From assembly GCF_006345805.1 (NCBI RefSeq), contig NW_021835461.1, positions 1 to 64,000 of the forward strand: a DNA stretch of 64,000 bases. The letters run 5' to 3'. Positions 1 to 11,875 of this stretch are shown here, piece by piece. The position numbers and the translations under genes were made by a program. The stretch comes from Octopus sinensis. Its lineage: Eukaryota. Below the pieces are notes generated by a model that had not been told where the DNA came from, did no database searches, and was given only the letters and a program-made list of their open reading frames with translations. The first letter of the stretch is position 1. The number at the start of each line of letters is the position of its first letter.

Positions 1-655
1 ACTGGAAGTTGGTTTTAAATTTTGGCACTTGGTCAGCAAATGCAGGACAGTGGCTAAGACAATTACATGAACACCAGTGCTCAACTGGTACTTATTTTAT
101 TGACCATAAACATCACTGGAATTTTGGTTTCAAATTTTGGCACACGGCCAGCAATTTAGGAGTGTGACTAAGTCAATTACATCAACCCCAGTGTACAACT
201 GCTAATTATTTTATTGAACATAAACATCACTGGAATTTTGTTTTCAAATTTTGGCACAAGGCTAGCAATTTCAGGAGATGGCTAAATCAATTACATGAAC
301 CCCAGTGCTCAACTGGTACTTATTTTATTGAACATAAACATCACTGGAAATTTGTTTTCAAATTTTGGCACAAGGCCAGCAATTTCAGGACAGTGGATCA
401 ATTAATTATATCAAACCCAGTGCTCAACTGGTACTTATTTTAATGACCATAAACATCACTGGAATTTTTGTTTCAATTTTTGGGCGAAGGCCAGCAATTT
501 CAGGAGAGAGGCGAAGTCAATTACATCAACCCCATTGCTCAGCTGGTATTTATTTTATTGACCAGAAACATCACTGGAATCTTGATTTCAAATATTAGGA
601 CAAGGCCAGCAATTTCAGGAGAGTGGCTAAATAGATTACATCGATCACATTGCAA
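1..655. repeat. Tandem array of ~114-115-bp units (~5.7 copies visible, truncated by window start) derived from the 3' half of a tRNA-headed SINE
   Basis: actggaa recurs at 1, 115, 229, 343, 458, 573. The unit contains caaggccagcaattt...cccagtgctcaactggtacttattttattg, matching the single SINE copy at 10475-10670. Confidence 0.9.
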
Positions 656-762
656 ATGCAAGAGGATGAAAGACATAGTCATCCCTGTCAGAATTTGAAC
701 ATTGAGTGTGAAGATGGACGAAATACCGCTAGCCATTTCATCCGACATGCCCGCCCATCACC
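596..762 (-). mobile_element. Degenerate tRNA-headed SINE (Meta/MESC-domain-like) 5' part, contiguous with the tandem array
   Basis: ggatgaaagacatagtc...gaatttgaac...ggacgaaataccgctagccattt parallels the copies at 10475-10670 and 16180-16355. Confidence 0.65.
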
Positions 763-785
763 ATTATCACTGAGATAATAAGAAA

Positions 786-910
786 CATCATCATCATTTA
801 GCGTCTGTTGTCCATGGTGATATGGGTTGGACGGTTTGACCAGAACTGGTAGCTCGGGAGACTGCAACAAATGCCAGTCTGGTTTGGAGTGGTTTTTCTA
901 TGCCTGGATA
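786..910 (-). mobile_element. 3' fragment of RTE-tailed SINE
   Basis: Reverse complement of the family tail (catcatcatttagcgtc...ccatg...gggttggacggtttgac). Confidence 0.75.
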
Positions 911-2655
911 CTTTGCGGTCGTCGACCCATGCCATGCTGAGTTTGTATGTCTTCTCTTGCATTTCCTGATAATTAGATTAGCAATCAAGAGCTGATCCTT
1001 CGTATCCTGGCTCCTTTTACTGTACCCTTTTTGTTTAATGGGTAGCAACCTACTTTTTCCCAAGTATCTGTACAGTCCAGCAGCCAAATTACCTGACATT
1101 AGTTTCCATGTGAGCAGAAAGCATGTTATTGTTCTAAAGTTGGATGCAACATTTCCCTTTCCAGGATCCTTGGCACATAACAATGTCTTTCCCTTTGTCT
1201 TCCATTTGGGTACTGCACCTTCCTGCAAGCACTCATCTAGCTGTTGCACTCTCCTTTGATGGATCCCTCTCAGCTTCTTCATCCAATAATCTGGGACCCC
1301 ATCCAGTCCTGGGCTCTTCCAATTGGGAATTTTCTTAAGTGCTTTTTTATCATTTCTGTAGTTATTTTTATGTCTTTTTTACCTTCTATATTTCTTAACC
1401 TATCTTGGATTTCATGCAGCCACTCTGCTTCATTATTATCATCTGCAGATTGGTACCAGATCTCTCTCCAAAATGCCCTACTTTCCTCTGCTTCTGGTAT
1501 CATTGTTATGTGTAATTGTCCATCCAGTTCCTGAAACAGTTACTTCTGATATGCTTCTAACAATCTGTTCTGCTTGAATTATTTTCTTCTATTGACATAT
1601 CTTTCCTGTTTTGCTTTGATTGCTCCAACTCTTTGTTTCATTTCTTCCAATATCTCATCATACAATTTATCTCTTATTCCATCTGTCCTTTCCAGCATCA
1701 TTCTTATACTTTCATTCTGCAATTCTCCTCTTCTCAATCTATCAACTTGTCCTAAATGTCTTTGTTCCTTACAAATTCCTCTACACCAGAACGGTTCTTT
1801 ACGTTCTGTTTGTTCTTTCCTTTTCTATCCAATTCTATCTGCACCCCAAATAATCTTGTGAGTTTCAGTGATATTTCTCGTATGGAACAGCCCAAGAACT
1901 GAATCTATCTTTCTGGTTTCAACCTTGATCTTGCATTGGTCAATGTACCTCAGATTATGGGGGGGAAGGGTCTTGATCCTGGTCTTCTCAAATATATCCT
2001 CTCTACGTCTTGTTGGGCATCACCGTATTATTGGGATACAGCTCTTCCTATTACTTCTGCTTAATTTGTGGAGAATGCATTTACATTTACACTTTGCTCT
2101 ACATCTTCACTGCCCTTATTTATTTCTCTGTTCTCACTGGGCACATTATCTGTTGGTGAAGGATTATTTCTCCTTTCTACTTTTCTTTTTATCTCTTCAA
2201 TTTCCATGTCCGTTAACCACCTTTTTTCTCTAATTGCTCTTGCCTGGTCGGCTAACAATTGCTCACTTGTTTTAAAGATTCCTATCTCATTCCATTTGGC
2301 TCTCATTCATTGTCAGAATCCCCTTCTGTTGAGTTTGTTCCTGATCCAGCATTCAATTTGATTTTGTGTACAAGCAGCCTGTGGACTAAAATAGCATAGA
2401 TTTTGTTTCAGTCATGCTAATCTGACCAGATATAGAAAGACAGGCAATTTTTGGTTCACCTTTTCTACAACCTCCCAGGTGAGTGGTGCCCTCTCCAAAT
2501 GGAACTGGTCAGACACCCATGCAGCAACTGAATTTTACCACTGTCTTGGGCGGCAAGGAGACGATTTTATATCTAGCATGGGCTGCCTACGTGCAGGTCG
2601 CTGACTACATGCTTCCAACCTGTAAGGTCTGCTTGCTTCACCACCTTCCTTTCAC
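911..2655 (-). mobile_element. R4/Dong-clade non-LTR retrotransposon, 5' part with degenerate ORF (N-terminus to early RT), 3'-truncated
   Basis: Broken frames give TSEQLLADQARAIREKRWLTDMEIEEIKRK, FWREIW...EWL, VPKWKTKGKTLLCAKDPGKGNVASNFRTITCFLLTWKL, QKG...TKDQLLI and AWVDDRK; these motifs are typical of R4-type RT. Multiple stops and frameshifts. Confidence 0.85.
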
Positions 2656-2829
2656 TGTAGGACTTCCGAATAAAAATAAAATAAAAATATACTAAAAATG
2701 AATACATATATAAATATATACTAAGAATAAAGATACATACATACTGAAAATAAATAAATAAATAAATATATGTATACATATATATATATACATAGATATT
2801 GGGGGAAAAAATCAGCACACATCGAACAG

Positions 2830-3330
2830 AGGTCAGCAATGCCTGTCTAGAGCTGTAGGTCTAATAAGGCTTGAATGATACCTCATAAATCCTCTCCACT
2901 TTATTGACATTATCCAGAGACAAGCTGGAGCAATATGTCTGATCCCAATATGCACCACAGGCTCAATGATGTGCGAATGCTATGATCTCTAGCACAAACC
3001 AAATAACCTCAAAATGTCCAATGCCGTTCCCTGCATATCTGGTTTTATATCAAAGTGACCTTCTTCTAGAGACATGCTTCAATAGAAGCTGAGGGGCACT
3101 CCCAGTGGTTTTTCAGCACACCAGACACCATCCCAGATATTCTGCATACACGGTCTATTGCATTAGGTTCATCCGACTTTTCAGCAGGTCTTGTTTGTAA
3201 TCTTGCTGGGTTTCTAGCAACCCTCCTCACCAGGATATTCTGGTGGGTGTGCCAGTTTAGTCGCCGACATACCCAAACATGCAACATGTTTTACTGGATT
3301 CCATGTTACCAGTAGCACTTAAGAAAATCT
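2830..3330 (-). mobile_element. Highly degenerate CR1/L2-like RT C-terminal fragment
   Basis: Weak remnants resembling (F/Y)ADDxKL, LQQDL and xYCxxIWDP...NKVERI in broken frames. Confidence 0.35.
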
Positions 3331-3389
3331 CATAAGTGACCTGACATATATATATATAAAATCAAATCAATCAAACCAAATAAAAATAG

Positions 3390-3862
3390 ATGAACATCAA
3401 TGGAATTTGTATCCCTGTGGGTGGCACATAAGAAAACGATCCGAACGTGACCGTAGCCAGCACCGCATCGACTGGCCTCCGTGCTGTGGGCACGTAACAA
3501 ACAACATCCGAGCGTGGCCGTTCGCCAGCCTCGTCTGGCACCTGTGTCGGTGGCACATAAGAAAACACCATCCGAGCGTGGCCGTCTGCCAGCCTCGTCT
3601 GGCACCTGTGTCGGTGGCACATAAAAACACCATCCGAGCGTGGCCGTCTGCCAGCCTCGTCTGGCACCTGTGTCGGTGGCACATAAAATCACCCACTACA
3701 CTCTCGGAGTGGTTGGCGTTAGGAAGGGCATCCAGCTGTAGAAACACTGCCAGATCTGACTGGCCTGGTGCAGCCTTCGAGCTTGCCAGACCCCAGTTGA
3801 ACCGTCCAACCCATGCTAGCATGGAAAGCGGACGTTAAATAATGATGATGATGATGATGATA
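3390..3862 (+). mobile_element. RTE-tailed SINE with 4-5 tandem 62-66-bp 5' modules
   Basis: ggcac(a/g)taa at 3423, 3489, 3552, 3616, 3678; core cacccactacactctcggagtggttggcgttaggaagggcatccagctgtagaaac; tail catggaaagcggacgttaaa(tga)n. Confidence 0.9.
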
Positions 3863-3868
3863 TGTATG

Positions 3869-3931
<63 letters not shown>
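3863..3931. repeat. (TA)n microsatellite
   Basis: Direct reading. Confidence 0.95.
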
Positions 3932-3933
<2 letters not shown>

Positions 3934-3967
3934 GAATACATATGTACATATATCCATATATATATAA

Positions 3968-4339
3968 AAGGAACCATTCAAGTGTGATTGTTACCAACGT
4001 CGCCTTACTGGCACTTGAGCCTTGTACTAGTAGGGGGCCAAGAGTACCATCCGAGCATGATCGTTACCGACATCGCCTTGCTGGCACCTGTGTTGTTGGC
4101 ATGTGTACAAAGATTAGAGCAAGGTCGGTGCCAGTACCGCCTGACTGGCCCCCATGCCGGTGGCACGTAAATAGCACCCACTACACTCTCGGAGTTGTTG
4201 GTGTTAGGAAGGGCATCCAGCTGTAGAAACTCTGCCAAATCAAGATTGGAGCCTGGTGCAGCCATCTGGTTTGCCAGCCCTCAGTCAAAATCGTCCAACC
4301 CATGCTATCATGGAAAGTGGACGTTAAACGATGATGATG

Positions 4340-4341
<2 letters not shown>
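3968..4341 (+). mobile_element. RTE-tailed SINE (second subfamily, same as 11908-12426)
   Basis: Same core and (gat)n tail; 5' modules of the gatcgttacc...ccttactggcac type. Confidence 0.9.
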
Positions 4342-4389
<48 letters not shown>

Positions 4390-4428
4390 CATCATCATCG
4401 TTTAACGTCCACTTTCCATGATAGCATG
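4301..4428. repeat. Perfect 128-bp spacerless palindrome
   Basis: The central 48 bp were checked base by base and the outer arms (catgctatcatggaaagtggacgttaaacgatgatgatga) also match; symmetry centre at 4364/4365 inside (AT)n. Confidence 0.97.
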
Positions 4429-4635
4429 TCACCACAACTCATATTGGTTTGGAGCAAGTTGAGAGCATTCATTCACTGTAAGGGCAATGGCTTCATCAAA
4501 TTATTATTATTATTATTGAGTGAGAGAGTAGTGCATGCCATCAAAGTGATACTGGGGTAAAATATGAAGCCCAGAATACCCATCATGACTACCCATCTGA
4601 TAAGGGTACACCAGGCACATGCATCACAACCATAT
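4425..4635 (-). repeat. Inverted near-identical copy of 8050-8262
   Basis: The reverse complement matches 8050-8262; I saw two substitutions and one 2-bp indel. Confidence 0.95.
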
Positions 4636-5904
4636 ATATATTTTGGAAGGTTTGGAGATGATGTACAGGTATTTTATATTAGAAGAAATGAGGTACTCAG
4701 AAAATCGGATGGTTTATATTTACAGATATTTATTTGTATATTACATTTTTTATATATATATCATATCAGTTAGATCATTAGCGCTTTCTCCCATTCTAGT
4801 GGGGTTTCCAAATCAAACTAAGTTCCTGTGTGAGGAGTTTTGACCATTTTATAGTGGTATTGAGTTTGTAGTGGTGGGGAGGAATATAAGACAGTACAAG
4901 AGGGTGATGGATGAGGAGAAAGTGAGAGAGAGAACATGTATGTATGTGTGTGTGTTTTTGTATCTGGGATGGGTGCTAAAGAAAAAGAAGGGAAGGGAGA
5001 GGAAGAAGAAGAAAATAATTTTTTTGGTCTGCTGGACACAATATTGACTCCAAGGGGGTTCTAAGACCTTGGGAAAAAAGAATTTCAGTTTTGACCATTT
5101 CACAGTGTCACTGAGTATGTGGTGGTGGGGAGGTAGACCATAAATTATATTTCTTTTTATCATTGTGAGAGAGAGTGTGTGTGTTTAATTAGGTGTGACC
5201 AAGGAAGACCATTGCTGACCTTCAGGAACATTGTGCACTCTTGGACTAACTTATATTTTGCATTTGTGGCTCTGTTGGTGAGTGACGAGGCCTGCTCTTG
5301 ACAAGCATTCACGACTGCAAACATTGCAGACCAAGCTTTCCCCATTAATATATATATGATGGGCTTCTTTCAGTTTCCATCTACCAAATTCACTCATGAG
5401 GCTTTGGTCAGTAGACACTCTTTAGTAGAAGACACTCTTTAAAGTATAGAGTTGAACTTCATGTAGCCACCTGTCGGCAACTTTTCTCCCCCACCCATTT
5501 TGTAGGGGGTATTACTCATTTTTCTGGGCTCTTTTCACAGCTGTACCCTGTTCGAAATTTGGATTAGTTTTCGTATGAAAAGAAAAAGAACAGAGTGGGG
5601 GCTTGATTGTAGTTTGTGGAGAAAACATTAAACATGCCTGAAAATAATTAACGTGGTCTTTCCCCCCAACTAAAAGACATGAAGAACTATGAAAGGAGGT
5701 GAATAAGTACTGGAGATGGGAGGAAAGAAGAGAGAAGTAACAGTGGATTGTTCTAGAACTGCCAGAATGAAAGACTTTCCCTCTTCTTCATTGTTAAGAG
5801 TAAAGAAGCAAGGAAAGATCGATCGTATTCCAGTCTAATTGTCATTTTAAATGACTGAGGCTTTCCTTTCTCTGTCTCTCTCACTTCATTCCTTTTCTCT
5901 ACGG

Positions 5905-6225
5905 TTAAGAGGGTGAAGGTGCTTAGGTGTATTCGGCCCATGATCGTAAAGTCACGAGAATGATTCCCTGCGGTGCACTGTGTTTTTGAGCAAGGTACTC
6001 TACTTCACTTTGCTGCAGTGTACTCAGCTTTCAAAAGTGAGTCGTAGCTGTAATTCAAAGGGGTCAGCCCTGTAACATTCTGTGTGAGGCTGAATCTTCC
6101 TGAGAACTAACTTATGGTATGCATGTCTGTGGAGTATTCAGCCACTTGCATGTTAATTTTATGAGCAGACTGTTTCGTTGATCAGATAAACAGGAACCTC
6201 ATCATCATAACTAATGGAGGGCCAT
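5905..6225 (+). mobile_element. Degenerate tRNA-derived SINE (family of 31843-32222)
   Basis: Shared body ctgaatcttcc.gagaacta...catgtctgtggagt..tcagccacttgcatgttaattt; a further partial copy lies at ~6530-6660. Confidence 0.7.
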
Positions 6226-7082
6226 TTTTTAAAAAGAGTGAAAGAAAAGGAAATGCTCCAAATCGTAAGTCAAAAATGTCGTGTGTTTAGCATTATCAAT
6301 GAAAGCTAAGACGAAATTATTGCTATTCCGTCGTGTATTCACCCTCGACTCACACTCAGTTTGATAATAACAGCCTGTGATCTGGGGGCTTTGCCTCCTG
6401 ATCTGTGAGGCCCACAAATGCCACTGTTATGATTGGATTAACATCCATATTGACCTAAAGATTAAAATGATTTTCCTGCCCCTATATAAGATCTTTATTT
6501 GTTTTCTTCCAATCTCTTGAAGGTCTGTCTTGCTCCAGTTCACTCAGCTGGCCAAAATGAATTCTAGCTGTAATTCAAAGGGGCAAGCCTTGTCAATTTC
6601 TGTGTGAGGCTGAGATAATGATATGCATGTCCGTGGAGTACTCAGCCACTTGCGAGTTAATCTTATCCTCGTGTGGTAATGAAAAGCGATAGTGACATCC
6701 AATACTTGCTGCAGTTATTTGCTTTGATTTAACTACGTGTCTATGTATCAACTTTTCTTTGGATCTATGTATCTACTATTTCTATCACTTTCTCTCTCAC
6801 TTCCTCTGTGTCCCTCCTCTCTTTTGATTTAACAATGTGTGTATGTAACATATCAACATTCAAAACAATACAAACACCAACACCAATCACTGCCTCTCAC
6901 TCTCTCTCTCTTTCACTCTCACTCTCTCTCTCTCTCTCTTTCTCTTATTCTCTCTCTCTCTTTTTTCCTCTCTCTCGCTTTACCACTCACTTCTTTGCAA
7001 TAAGTGTGACACACGCCACGCGTACATACATACAAAAACAAACAAAACTAAGCATATTAATGTTATTGATACTGATAATAAT

Positions 7083-8180
7083 GTGATGCCGTACCAGACA
7101 GTTGCTCTCTTGGCATTTGATCTTAAATGATTGGGAAGTGTTATCATCCACATTGTTTTGTCTTGGTATGAAAAGATGGGCTACAGAAAATATTCTGCTC
7201 ATACCACAGATTTGCTTGTCCTTAACCAGTTGAGCATGTCCCTTGATGGCTGCCAATATGTGCATCTCTCATGAACAGAAGTAGTGGAGGAGCATTATAA
7301 CCATGTGTTGAGAAAAATTCTTTGGGGTTTGAATAATTCACCTCTGAAACATGGAAACATGGGTGTTTTATTCATCATCCTTATAAAAACCTTGTTCAGT
7401 GACCTTTTGAGTGGGATGAGCTACTCAACCTGAAGAAAATTCTAACTAGGCCTCACCTGCAAGATCATGCTCTGTTTATCTTGATATGAGATCACCATGT
7501 TGTGCACATATAGTTGTGATGCATGTGCCTGGTGTACCTTTGTATATTTTACATCAGTGTCACTTTGATGGCATGCACTGTTCTCTCAATAACAACAACA
7601 ACAATTATAATAATATGCCTTGATGCAGTACCAGGCAGTGGCTCTCGGGCTTCTGATCTTAACTGATTGGAAGTGATATCATGTACCTTATTTTGTCTTG
7701 CTATAAAAGATGGGTTACAGCAAATATTCTGCTCAATACCACGGATTTGCTTGTCAGTTGTTTGACCGTAACCAGTTGACCATGTCCCTTAGTGGCTGAC
7801 GATATGTGCATCTCTGATCATGAGCAGAAGTAGTGGGGGAGCATCATAACCATGTGTTGAGCGGGATTCTTTGGGGTTTGAATAATTCACCTCTGGAAGC
7901 ATGGGTGTTTCGTTCAACATCCTTAAACAACCCTTATTTGGGGACCTTTTGAGCAGGATGGGTTACTCGACCAGAAGAAAATTCTAGCTGGGCTCCACAT
8001 GCAAGGTTATGCGCTGTTTATCTTGACATGAGATCACCATGTCGCGCACATATGGTTGTGATGCATGTGCCTGGTGTACCCTTATCAGATGGGTAGTCAT
8101 GATGGGTATTCTGGGCTTCATATATTTTACCCCAGTATCACTTTGATGGCATGCACTACTCTCTCACTTAATAATAATAA
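7083..8180. repeat. Two diverged tandem copies (~7083-7612 and ~7615-8180) of a ~550-bp interspersed repeat bounded by (AAT)n
   Basis: Both begin tgatgc.gtaccag.cagt and end ctttgatggcatgcact..tctctca..aataa; the first copy has internal deletions. Confidence 0.85.
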
Positions 8181-8186
8181 TAATAA

Positions 8187-8790
8187 TTTGATGAAGCCAT
8201 TGCCCTTACAGTGAATGAATGCTCTCAACTTGCCCCAAACCAATATGAGTTGTGGTGACATGATGAGGTTGCAAATGTGCTGCATTGGAAAGTATAAGGA
8301 AAGTTGGGGTTAGAGAGAAGCAAAACATGGTACAAACAGAAACCACAGAGAATCACAGAGTCAGAGACCTGTAAAATCTTGTGGGATTTTTCAATGCAGA
8401 AAGGGCCAAGTGCTTGAGTACAACAAGCCAGGCCTGGTCGTTGTGGACAAGGTGAACCACATGTGCTCTATAACTGATGTTGCATACGCCTTTGACCCAC
8501 AATTAGTTAGGTGAACAAGTAGACAATCCTCTTAAATGTGCTTGACTATGAAAGATGGAGATAATACTAATTATTATTGGGGCCCTGGGGACAGTATCAG
8601 AAGATATAAAGAGGAAATGAGGACAGAGCGCCAAGTAGAGCTATTACCAAAAGTCTGCCTTCTTGTCACAGCCATTATCATCAAGAAAATATTACATGGC
8701 TGAACAGAACAGATAGCATGGTACCGTAGGCTGCGGATAGCAAGCCTACAGGAGTTCCAACAAAACCTGAATTAAAAGAATGCTAATAAC
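8187..8790 (+). mobile_element. R4/Dong-type 3' end: zinc-knuckle/restriction-like endonuclease relic plus 3' UTR
   Basis: Broken frames give V(N)ECSQLAxNQY..RHDEVA.VLHWK, CKILWDFS, LVVVDKVNH....DVA.xFD, IIIGALGTVS and VELL.KVCLL.TA.IIKKIL. Confidence 0.8.
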
Positions 8791-8839
8791 TGACTCTGAT
8801 AGGTAGATTAGACAAAGAGAGGAGAAAAAAATTACTTAC

Positions 8840-9071
8840 CATACGCCTCTTTAAAACTTACAATGTAAGTATCAGAGGTTAGTTGTTGAACTGAAGAAAT
8901 ATCTCCACCAGAACTTTTTTTTCTGTTCCAAAATATCTTTGAAGACTGTCAGAGCTGACATTTGAAGAAACATTTTTCACTTGAACACTGTTTATTTCCT
9001 TAATTCTATCCACTGTCAGTTGATTTCCTTTTAAGGTTTTTTTTTGCACATCCTCTGAACACACTCAAAAT
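8840..9071 (-). CDS. Exon 3 of PARP14-like tandem-RRM protein (two apparent 1-nt deletions)
   Basis: ttgcag acceptor (9072-9073) and gtaagt donor (8839). Repaired translation: DFECVQRMCKKKTLKGNQLTVDRIKEINSVQVKNVSSNVSSDSLQRYF(E)NRKKSSGGDISSVQQLTSDTYIVSFKEAY. Length is 232 nt; adding 2 gives 234 and restores phase 1-1. Confidence 0.8.
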
Positions 9072-9236
9072 CTGCAATAAATACAATGAATGGAAATACA
9101 TTTTGGTAAAAGAATCAAATTAAAGTCAATTTACTGATGTTTTAACACATTTTAGATTGAAATGATTTTGAGAATTCTTCAAATTTGGAGATTTTAGCAT
9201 TAAAATGCAGTTCCAATTATTTAACAACTCCATATA

Positions 9237-9642
9237 GGCACAGGTGTGGCTTTGTGGTAAGATGGTTGCTTCCCAGCCATATGGTTTTGGGTTCAGTCCC
9301 ACTGTGTAACACTGGAAAAAATGTATTCTACTATAGCCTTGGGTTGACCAAAGCCTTATGAGTGGATTTGGTAGACGAAGACTGAAAGAAGCCATTTGTC
9401 CGTCTGTATGTTACTGTCTCCTTGCTTGTTGTAAACGAGTGTCCCTGTCATACAAGCAGTGTCCTTCATTTCCAATCTTCCTTAAAACATGTCTGGTCAC
9501 TGGGAAACATTACCTTACTTGGAAATAGGTGAGGGTTGGCAACAAGAAGGGCATCCAACTGCAGAAAAAATCCAACTCATCATCAAATGCTGTCCAACCC
9601 ATGCAAGCATGGAAAAGTGGACGTTAAAACAGTGATGATGAT
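9237..9642 (+). mobile_element. tRNA-headed, RTE-tailed SINE
   Basis: Head ggcacaggtgtggctttgtggtaag...gggttcagtcccact; tail ccaacccatgcaagcatggaaaagtggacgttaaa. Confidence 0.85.
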
Positions 9643-10107
9643 CATGGGTCTTTAGTTAATGTTTACTGATCCTTAAATGTAAAAGGTATTTCTATTTAGG
9701 GATAACTAAAGTGAAAAACATAAGAAACAAAATTTGATTGAGCAGATTTATGATGAAAGGCAATCCAACCACGACCATTCCAATATCTAGAATGGTAGCT
9801 TCTGTTTTGAAGAAGGCAGAGTGTAATGGGAGGGATACTTTCCTGCTATTTCTATCAGCCTGATCAACTGTGTAAAGGTCTTCAGATCATTAAAAGTGTG
9901 TATTTTAAGGTAGAGATGGGAATTTCAACATTTCTCGTCTGGGCTCATTCTTGTATTCTAGAATATTGTACTTTGGTTAAAGACATGACAATATCAGAGA
10001 CAAGTTAGTGATGAAGCTACTTAGACAAAAAAAACAAAAACAAACTATTTCACTAAAAATACATATAACTACCCAACCATTTCTAAAGATAGATCATCAT
10101 TGGATAT

Positions 10108-10450
10108 TTAAGTTCTGTTGTCCATGCTGGCATGGTTGGACGGTTTGACTGGGCTGGCATGCTGGAAGGCTGCATCAGACTCCAGTCTTATTTGGTATGG
10201 TTTTCTTTGGCTGAATGCCTTTCCTAACGCCAACCACTCTGAGAGTGTAATGGGTCCCTTTACATGCCATGATGGATCTTCCAAAACATGACATAATACC
10301 AAAAATCTTGGTCATTGCCTCTGTGAGGCCCAACACTCGAAAAGAACTCAGCCACTTTGCCTCCGTGAGGCCCAACATTCAAAAGATGCTCTTTATGTGC
10401 CACCAGCTGTGGTGCACTTGGCTTGACGGATCCTCTCAAGCACAGCACAT
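10108..10450 (-). mobile_element. RTE-tailed SINE, degenerate
   Basis: Reverse-complement core atgcctttcctaacgccaaccactctgagagtgta and tail. Confidence 0.75.
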
Positions 10451-10474
10451 CTCCAAATGTCTCTTGATTTCAAA

Positions 10475-10670
10475 TTGTGACACAAGGCCAGCAATTTGGA
10501 GGGAAGGGTTAGTTGATTGCATTGACCCCAGTATTCAGCTGGTACTTATTTCTTGAACCCTGAGAAAGGCAAAGTTATTCTCAGCAGAATTTGAACACAA
10601 AGCATGAAGACAGATGAAATGCAGCTAAGCATTTTGTCCAGCATGCTAACATTTCGACCAGCTGGCCACC
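10475..10670 (-). mobile_element. tRNA-headed SINE (Meta/MESC-domain-like)
   Basis: ctggtacttatt...gaaaggcaaagt...gaatttgaac...ctaagcattttgtccagcatgctaac...ccagctggccacc. Confidence 0.75.
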
Positions 10671-11264
10671 TTCTTCGATTTCGATATTTATCGACAGTTA
10701 TCAAAGCAAGAAGCAGTGTGTTAAATATACTTGCTGCTCTCATTTTCTACCATGGAATATCTTCTTGTAAACTAAAGAGAAGATTCCATCACCATGTAGA
10801 AGACAACTTCATGATGCAATGGTTCATTTGTAGATGTTCTCCCCTCTCATCCCATCGTCACAACAACAATCACTATAGTTCTTAATGACTTATATTAGCA
10901 CCAGGTATACTCAACACAAACACAGCTGTCTCCTCTCTTCTCATAAACCTTACAATGTATCTCCTCACCACCACCACCACCACCACCACCCCATACTGAC
11001 CCCTCTTTTTAATGACCACTGTATCCAAACATCAATGATTGGCAATTCTCCAAAACTTTTCCTGCAGACCATTGACTAATACAACCAGATCAATCTCATC
11101 AATGAAGGAGTTTGACCCTCAAAAGGTCAAGGCTGTTGACCCTTTTACCTCACAATATATCGATCAATTGCCCTCTCTTCTTCTTCACTGAGCCATTTAA
11201 AAAAAACAACAAATTTTGATGTTTTACCTGTTTGTCATTCTTCTACATCATCACAACAAAATGT

Positions 11265-11310
11265 CTATTTTAACAATATCATCATCATCATCATTGTTAT
11301 CATCGTCGTC

Positions 11311-11341
<31 letters not shown>

Positions 11342-11398
11342 TCACCAACACCTACCACCACCACCACCACCACCATCAGCAGCAGCAGCAGCAGCAAG
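11265..11398. repeat. Compound trinucleotide microsatellite (ATC/ACC/AGC)
   Basis: Direct reading. Confidence 0.9.
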
Positions 11399-11875
11399 CC
11401 AAAACTAGCAAAGGGAGCTTCGAAAGCAAATGGCAAATAAAGTAACTAAACTCTTGTCTCTCTAAATAAACTCCAGGATCTATTCTACTGTCTTTTCTAT
11501 CACTGCTATGAGGGCCCCTGTTTCGTCTCTCTGGTTGATTTTATACCATTGCCATTCAGGCTCTTTGATCCACTCATTGTTCCATCTCATGTCACCCTTC
11601 TTGTATCCAACTCCATCCCCTCAATTATACCAGATTCTTTCTCCTTTGAACACTGGTCCTCTGCAATCCTTGCCTCATCTCTCTGTTCATCAGTTCAAAA
11701 CAATACTTTAACAGCATCAACAGGGTGTAAGGCAATGGACAATGCACACACAGCAGCATAGAAACACAGGTAGAAAGAAGGTGTGCAGAGAATTGAGATG
11801 AGTCAGGGTAAGGATGAAGAATATAAAGACTCCAGAAGATGTTAAGAAATGCAAAGAAATGAGAATGCAGAATGT

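Noticed and set aside
2400-2660. HDV-like ribozyme in the R4 5' UTR
   Set aside because: Expected by analogy with some RLE-clade elements, but I could not build the nested pseudoknot by eye.
6230-6455. Candidate exon 4 after a tctttag acceptor
   Set aside because: The required phase-1 frame hits TAA immediately and there is no RRM motif.
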